From assembly GCA_025594325.1 (NCBI GenBank), contig JANHCV010000011.1, positions 1,240,001 to 1,304,000 of the forward strand: DNA of 64,000 bases. Reading direction: 5' to 3'. The position numbers and the translations under genes are program-made. The stretch's first letter is position 1; every line of letters starts with the position of its first letter. The stretch is from Blastocladiella emersonii ATCC 22665 (taxonomy: Eukaryota > Fungi > Blastocladiomycota). The notes under the pieces are model-generated. The model saw only the letters and a list, made by a program, of their open reading frames with translations, had not been told where the DNA came from and searched no databases. Positions 57,566 through 64,000 of this stretch are shown here, piece after piece.

Positions 57566-57624
57566 TCGTGTTGCATTTGTGTCGTTCCTGTCAGATATAC
57601 TCTACTCGCCACGCTCGTGTCGCG
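56367..57624 (+). repeat. Right arm of 1258-bp inverted repeat
   Basis: Reverse complement of 51952-53209. Confidence 0.95.
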
Positions 57625-57660
57625 TCTTTTCTTTCTCCAACCAGTGTCTCTATTTATCAA

Positions 57661-58318
57661 TCAGGGTCCAGCGAGCGTCTCAGCGAGCATCGAGCTCAGC
57701 CACGACGGAACACTCGCCGCTGTGCTGCCTGTTTCGTGAGCCGCCGTCGCTGTCCGCCCGCCCGCTTGCACTTGCGGTGTCGACGCGCCGTCCGCCGACG
57801 TACTCGACGACGAGCGTTCCACACTCGGTGAGGAGGCGGTCGGGCTCAGTGTCCGCGAGGGATCCACGCTCGCCGCCTGCGACTCGATCGCCTCGACCTC
57901 AGCGCCCGGACCCTACTCGTCCATCGCTGTTCGTCAGTCGCGCCGCCAGGAGCTGAGATTGACCGAGAGTGCGTACCAGGTTGAGCAGCATCGCGTCGCA
58001 CACCGCGTCCGCGTGCGCGAGCTTCTCGAGCATCTTGACCGTGTACGTCTCCGGCCCGCAGTGCGTCAGCTGGTCGAGCCCGCTACACGGACAAGCGCAC
58101 GCAACTCATCAGGTCCATGCGATCCGCCGTGGAGACGCGGAGCGCGTACTTGAAGGTGCCCTGGTTGAAGTGCACGATCACCTCGGAGCACAGCCGGAAG
58201 ATGTCCTACGCCTCGCTCGCCGATCAGCGCCTGGTGGTTCACGGTCGTGGCAACCCAAGCTTACATCGACGGTTTGCGCCAAGTCGGACAGGTTGCTTTC
58301 ATTCGGATACGTTGACAT
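57661..58318 (-). CDS. Small 4-exon protein resembling Mediator tail subunit Med2/Med29 (exons 58318-58265, 58205-58150, 58082-57977, 57912-57661)
   Basis: Three canonical introns (59, 67 and 64 nt) give an open frame. TVDDIFRLCSEVIVHFNQ and MLEKLAHADAVCDAMLLNL resemble yeast Med2 CFDDILKVGAEMMMQQQ and LKEKVKLFHGILDDLETSL. The gene model is more certain than the family. Confidence 0.55.
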
Positions 58319-58642
58319 GGTGGGTGAGCGGGTCAGAGTAGCGCCCATCGTTCGCGCGGCGCGACGACGTGTCGAGCTTCCGCCGACCGCCCTCGCTCTC
58401 TCTCCCTCAAACGCTCGCCCGTAATGTAAACCAATGAAACCTTCATCACGACCACACTGGACCTCGCTCAACATGTGTGTGTGCTCGTGGCTCTCCGTAC
58501 ACCCGCGACCTGGACCTAAACCGGCACTCGCGCGGCCCATAGCTTCGGCCAGGCCGACGACAGCAGCGGGACCGGCTCCGACGACGACGACAATGAGTTT
58601 GATCCCACACGGCCGCGCGGCGGTGGTGGCGACGACGACGTA

Positions 58643-59710
58643 GTGACCAGCTCGAGCGAGCCCGACTCGGACGACAACACGGACCTCCACCGCCCGCGAC
58701 CCGCTACGACCATGGTGACGCGGGCGCGGGCGAGGCTGCCGCCTGCTCCTGCTCCTCCTCCTCAGCTGCATCGGATGAAGTCGGGCGCAGCGGCGCTCGC
58801 GGCTATCGGTGCTGCGTTGCCGAGGATGGGGTTGTTTGTGCCGACAGCGACCGCGCGACCGCCTCCTTCCGCGTCTCGGTGCAAACGCTCGCTAGTGTTC
58901 GCTTGATGTCCGCGTTCTAAGACAATCGGTGCGTGTAGACCGATGAACGTGGCGCAGATCTCGGCGCTCGCGGCCGACACCGACTCGGACCTGTCGACAA
59001 TCCCTACGCCGTCGTCGGGTCACCCGTCCGACGGCGACGAGCCCGACGACGCGATCCAGCAACCACAACCGCCATCTCCTCCCACTCTCGCGCCCACCGT
59101 GTCCATGTTCGACTACCAGTCGGCGCTACGACCTCATCTACCGGCTGACCGCGACGCGTGGCTCGCGTCAATGGTTCGTATCGCTGTACGCCGTCGTTCT
59201 CAACGACTGACTGACTCTCAAACGCGCGCGTCGTAGGTCTACTGCCCGACACTCCCCGAGACCAACGATCCAACCGTCTCGCCCGCGATCCGTGCGCTGC
59301 GCCGCCAGGTCCGCGCGCGGTGGCGAGCCGTCGCGCGCCAGTTCCGCGTCTACCGCCCGCACGATCTGAAGATGGCCGAGTCGAGCGGCAATAGCTGTAG
59401 TACTGTCACGCTCGCAAGTCCCGACCGCGTCGGCGCAGTCGTGCTCGACGGTCCCGACACTGGTGGAGCAGCAGTTGAAGCGGATCCTGTACGTCTGCCG
59501 AAACGCCCTCGGACAGTACAAGACGTGCCAATTCCTGGCGATTTCGCGCCCGACCTCGCGCTGCGGTGGCGCCTCGAGCTCGAAATTAACGTCTCGTGCG
59601 AGTCATCCTCGCCGTTTCCGGGCAGCGGCAGCGACGATTTCGCACACAGTGTGGCCAGGCCGATGCGCGAGCGGCGGCGATCGCGGTCGGGAACCGTTTA
59701 TCTCGCGTAG
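58643..59710 (+). CDS. Hypothetical spliced protein, mostly low complexity
   Basis: ORF pieces 58643.., 58943.. and 59237..59710 with plausible splice sites; segment LPETNDPTVSPAIRALRRQVRARWRAVARQFRVYRPHDL. Confidence 0.3.
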
Positions 59711-60178
59711 AAATATAGAAGTCTTGGGAGTCCTTGGTCGTCGCTGTGAACGTGGCCATGGTCATGGCGGTGTGGACGATCCTTCGCGCAAGCCGTAACT
59801 CTTTGAACAAGGAAAACCAAATACATTTATCAAACTATCAGAAACCAACAATCAATAGGAACAACTACAACCTCAAGTCGCTCGTCACGCTCAGGCGCTG
59901 GCGCCGGCGCGCTTACCGCCACGGGGCGGCTCGAGGAAGTCGTGGTAGCTGCCCTAACTCGTACTTAACTGAGATTGGGGCAGGTCTGGGTTGGGGCAGC
60001 TGGGGCCAGGTCAAAAACGCGGCGAGCAACACCTTTGAGGATTTGAGCGAGCGTCACTTACACGCGCGTCAGGCGGGGAGGAATGTTGCCGGCCGAGCAA
60101 GGTGGGACCCACACCCGCTGATCAACAGAACAGCTTGGTGCGAGTGGCTGTGCGAGTAGCGGCCATGGCCACGGTGGC

Positions 60179-60380
60179 GATGGACGCGTCGAGATATCAC
60201 GTGCGCGCGTCTCACGCGTGCGGCCGTGTCTCGCACTTTTGCAGATGCGCGCCATCCCCCTCAAAAGCGTTGGCACGCGTTGGAAAACAGCCCCGCACTG
60301 AGTCGAGTGAGCTAGAACACGTAGGACCCCGGACCCACAAAGTCCCGCCGCTTGCGATGGACGGAGCGCTTAGCTTTTGT
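60179..60380 (+). repeat. 202-bp dispersed repeat, copy 2
   Basis: Direct repeat of 15255-15456; GCGATGGACG at the start and near the end. Confidence 0.9.
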
Positions 60381-60623
60381 CTCGACGTGCATAAATTTTA
60401 CCTCACTGCTTGCTGTTGCGAGATCAGTCGTATCGCAGCACTAGTTACTAAATTTCAACTCATTTCTCTCTAACTTGGCTTTGACTTCCATCCAGCGTCA
60501 CAGCTCGCGGTTGACGTTCAAGTAGTTGCCTCCGGCCTACAGTTGATCAGGATTTTCCAAGTTACAAGTCTCGCAGAACCACTTTCATTACAAATGACAT
60601 CAAAGCCTTGCACGCGCGGACAC

Positions 60624-62297
60624 CTAGACACCGGCCTTGATGGCCTTCCGCGCGCCGATCTGCTCGACCGCCCCCTTGGCCTTGAAGCTGAGCGCGGGGA
60701 GCGGCAGCTTGCCTGTGCCCCAGATGTGGAAGTCCTTGTTGGCGACCTTGGAGCGGATGTGGAAGTCGAGCGAGTGCTCGTGGCTGACGTCGACGTTGAT
60801 GTCGCCAGCGGAACGGGGCGAGCCGCCGACCGACGCCTTGGCGCTGGAACTCATGGCCATGCCAATCGACGAGTCGAGCTCGAGAGCCAGATCAAACACC
60901 GGCACCTTCCAGATACGCAGGCCGACGCCGAACGCGGGGATGACGTGCGCAGAGATGCCGGCGCTCACATCAGCGGAAAGCGACGGCGTGTGCGGCGTGA
61001 CGCTCATCTTGCCGACGGCCTTGCCGACGGGCTTGGCGAACAGGCCGTTCTGCGACTCGACGCTCCACTCGAACGGGTACGACATCTCGAGGCCCGCCGA
61101 CAGCTTGAGCGAGGCCGCCATCTCGTACGTCGCGGCCGCCTTGACGCGCATCTCGGGCGACATGGACAGGATGCCCGGGATGCTGAAGGGCGTGAGCGGC
61201 AGGACGAACACCTCGACCGAGAACAGGTCGGCCTTGTGCTCCTTGAACGTGCGCAGGAACAGGTCGAGGTTGCCGGCCAGGTCGCCGGCGAGGGCCACGC
61301 GGTACGTCTTGAGCGACGTGATGCTGCCGGTCGCCTCGAGACTGAACGTCGCGCGGCCGTGGACCGAGATATCCGCGCCGAGCTCGGCGATCGACGAGTT
61401 GAGAAGCGCGACGAACGGCTTGAGCGGCTTGCGGGCCTTCTTGTCCCAGTTGACGTTGAGGTCCCAGCTGACCTGCTTCTTGGCGACGTCGCGGCGGACG
61501 AGGCCGGCCTCGGCCTCGATCTCGGGCAGGTCGTGCTGCGCGACCGACAGCGAGAACTCGTCGATCACGTCCTCGGCCTGGACCTGCTTGGACGCGAGGA
61601 CGACCTTGGCGCCGTTGGCCGCGGGCTTCTGCGCGGCCGTGATCTCGCGCACGCTGATCTCCTCCTTGCCGTCGCACTTCCACTCGCGGCCAACGAGAAC
61701 CGCCCAGGTATCGGTCGTCTTACCCCACTCGGCGCTCGCCGAGGCCGCGGCCGCCGCGTCGTCGAACGTGAGCGTGACCGAGCCCGTGGCGCACTCGACG
61801 GCCGTGATCTGCGGGAAGTTGTCGAGGACGATGGTCGGCACCTTGGTCTTGAGGTCGCACTTGGCCAGCATGAAGGCCGGCTTGCCGAACACGTTCTCGT
61901 GCGACGGCACGTCGGCGACGTACGCGGCCTTGACGTCCTTGACGGGCGCGAAACTCGAGCGCGGGATCGGGAGAGGGTGCATCGGGACCGGCTTGGCCTG
62001 CGCCGCGCCGCGCGAGCGGCCCATGTACTCGCCGTTCTGTGGAGATCGAGGGAGAATGAGTGAGTGGGTGTCGCGAACGGGCGTCGGTGAACATCGACGT
62101 ACCTTGCCGGTGCGCAGCACATACGAGTCGTCGGCGGGGTTCACGGGCTTGACGACGAACTCCTCAGCGGGGATCGGTAGCGGGATGTCGCGGGCACTGC
62201 CCGAGGCAGCGGCGTGGGCCGGATCGGCCGAGCCAGCGAGGAGCGCGAGGGCGGCGGTAGCCACGAAGGCGAGCGAGAGGGCGGGTGGAGCGACCAT
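60624..62297 (-). CDS. Secreted DUF7029/DUF7223-like protein, paralog 2 (exons 62297-62103, 62036-60624)
   Basis: Colinear with 10438-12431, with the same intron position (VLRTGK|NGEY vs VLRAHE|NGEF). Lacks the Pro/Thr tail. Confidence 0.78.
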   Translation of the reverse strand: MVAPPALSLAFVATAALALLAGSADPAHAAASGSARDIPLPIPAEEFVVKPVNPADDSYVLRTGKVRRCSPTPVRDTHSLILPRSPQNGEYMGRSRGAAQAKPVPMHPLPIPRSSFAPVKDVKAAYVADVPSHENVFGKPAFMLAKCDLKTKVPTIVLDNFPQITAVECATGSVTLTFDDAAAAASASAEWGKTTDTWAVLVGREWKCDGKEEISVREITAAQKPAANGAKVVLASKQVQAEDVIDEFSLSVAQHDLPEIEAEAGLVRRDVAKKQVSWDLNVNWDKKARKPLKPFVALLNSSIAELGADISVHGRATFSLEATGSITSLKTYRVALAGDLAGNLDLFLRTFKEHKADLFSVEVFVLPLTPFSIPGILSMSPEMRVKAAATYEMAASLKLSAGLEMSYPFEWSVESQNGLFAKPVGKAVGKMSVTPHTPSLSADVSAGISAHVIPAFGVGLRIWKVPVFDLALELDSSIGMAMSSSAKASVGGSPRSAGDINVDVSHEHSLDFHIRSKVANKDFHIWGTGKLPLPALSFKAKGAVEQIGARKAIKAGV

Positions 62298-63002
62298 GGT
62301 CTATGCGGGCGATCTACGAGCGGTCGAGGCCAGCTCTCTACTGCTGGTTGCTAAGGAGCAAGAGTCGAGGTCGCGGGGGGGTCCGCCGCCCTTTTATCAC
62401 GCCCGGTCGTCCTCACTTTCAGGCCGCGTACTTGCCGACTGCGGCGCCTCCGTGCGCTTGATGCTCATCATGCAAGTCCGCACGGCGGCGTTTGCACGCG
62501 CAGGTGAGGCGGAAGGTGTTTCAGGCGCGACTCCGGCGCCACGAGGCAAACTAATTTCTGCTCCGCTGCGCCCTACGTGTCCGCGGGGCCGCGTTACAGA
62601 TCCATTGATACAGGGTTTATTTCCTGGTCATCGCCGGTGTATGGGGCGAGGACGGCTTGGCGTACAAGCGCGCTGGGGTCGGATCGGGTCCCTGAGCAGG
62701 CACTCGCAAGACTGCGCGCGTGTAAATTCTGTGCTGCGACGTGGAAGTGGAAGTACGGAAGCGGTTATCTTTGCGCATCGCGGCTTCCGATTCTCGCGGC
62801 GAGTTGGCGGGCGTGATCGGAACTGATCTGGTGCCGGGTCGCGTCGAACATGTCCGCGTGACCATTGCGTTCCGCGATTGGTCGCTTGCGCCTCCGCCTT
62901 CGCCTCACGACACTCAAACAGCAGCAGCAGCAGGTACGTCAAATACAGAAACGGGAGGGATATATTCAACCGCGACACGACTCATCGCCGACCCGGCGCG
63001 CC

Positions 63003-64000
63003 TCACAGCCGCTGGAACTTGAGCTGCACCTTGGCCGGGTGGAGGAGCACGCCCGACGACGACGTGGGCGTGCCCTTGACGGCGTTCTCGTCGCCGACGA
63101 CCGACCACGAGTAGCGCGACAGCATCATGCTGAGGATGACGCGCTGCTCGATGAGCGAGAACTGCTGGCCGAGGCACAGGCGCTGGCCGCCGCCGAACGG
63201 GACCCACGAGAAGCCGTGCGCGGACGGCATCATCGGGATCGTGCCTGACGCGTCGACCTTGCCGGCCTCTTTCTCGACCGTCGACGCGGACCGGTTCATG
63301 GACGCCGACAAGCCGCCGGCGGCGGCGACCGACTCGGGCGGCGTGTAGCTGGCCCAGCGCTCGGGGACGAACTTGTCGGCGTCGGCGCCCCAGTACTTTT
63401 GGTTGCGGTGGACGCCGAAGATGTCGACGTGGATCGGCGTGTCCTTGGGGATCGCGGTGGTGCCGAGGTTGACGGGTTTCGCGGCGCGGCGCAGCGGGAG
63501 ACCCGTCACGGACGGGTACAGGCGCAGGGACTCCTTGATGATGAAGGTCAGGTAGTCCATGCCCGCCTGCTCCTGCGTCGTCGGGTACGGGAACTCGGCG
63601 GCCGGCGTCGCCGGGTCCATGGTGCCCATGATCTTGGCCACCTCGGCGCGCGCCTTGGCCTGGACCTCAGGGTGCAGGCCGAGGTAGTACAGGACCGTCG
63701 TGAGCGCGGCCGTCGTGGTATCGTGGCCCTAGACGCGACGTGACGCGACGCACGTGTGAGACATCAGCGCGAGATCGAGACGAGCGAGCATGCTAAGCGT
63801 ACCGCGACAAAGAAGATGACGACGTTGGACCGGAGATCCTGGCGCGTGAAGGTGGCGTCGTTGACCGAAACCTCGAGCATACGCTCGAGCAGGTCCATCT
63901 CCTTCTCGTCCTTGGTCTCGCCGCGGGCGAGGCGCTCGCGGACGTCGCGCTCCTTGGCGTCGATCACCGAGTAGATGAACTCGTCGAACTTGTCGATGCG
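63003..64000 (-). CDS. Cytochrome P450, 3' part (gene continues beyond the window); intron 63729-63802
   Basis: FFVA|GHDTT (I-helix), KESLRLYP (ExxR), FVPERW, PFGGGQRLCLGQQF (heme Cys). Confidence 0.95.

Noticed and set aside
1-64000. Hundreds of long Arg/Ala/Pro-rich ORFs in the track (e.g. 10659..12209-, 52302..54335+, 38143..39732-, 60637..62826+)
   Set aside because: These are antisense or off-frame shadows of GC3-rich genes; stop codons are scarce at this GC content.
1-64000. tRNA, rRNA, snRNA genes and telomeric arrays
   Set aside because: None recognised by eye. tRNAscan-SE and Infernal were not run, so small RNAs could have been missed.

Overview
This is GC-rich eukaryotic DNA with short spliceosomal introns (about 55-125 nt; GTACGC/GTACGG/GTAAGC donors, CTAAC/CTCAC branch sites, YAG acceptors). 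The gene content suggests a fungus, probably an early-diverging zoosporic lineage (inference). Recognisable genes are a Cys-type glutathione peroxidase, an RFC small subunit, MAD1, biotin synthase, a cytochrome P450 (cut by the window end), a GH16-domain protein, a class C GPCR with a PH-like tail, a second 7TM protein, and neurochondrin-like, BLOS2-like and Med2/Med29-like genes. There are also two DUF7029/DUF7223-like secreted proteins, two DUF4360 secreted proteins and two F-box/ankyrin-like genes, one of them broken. The dominant structure is inverted duplication at several apparent ages: (i) an apparently perfect palindrome with arms of at least 4448 bp (1-4448 / 4613-9060) around a 164-bp spacer with a small hairpin at its centre; (ii) 1258-bp inverted arms, differing at two positions I could find, that enclose the biotin synthase gene; (iii) a degenerate array with about 1.05-kb period and a conserved 18-bp-stem hairpin at 32-35.5 kb, mirrored at 45.4-46.7 kb; (iv) two old paralog pairs that share a symmetry axis near 36.4 kb. 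I saw no rRNA, tRNA, CRISPR array or transposase. All family calls are by-eye motif recognition; no searches were run.
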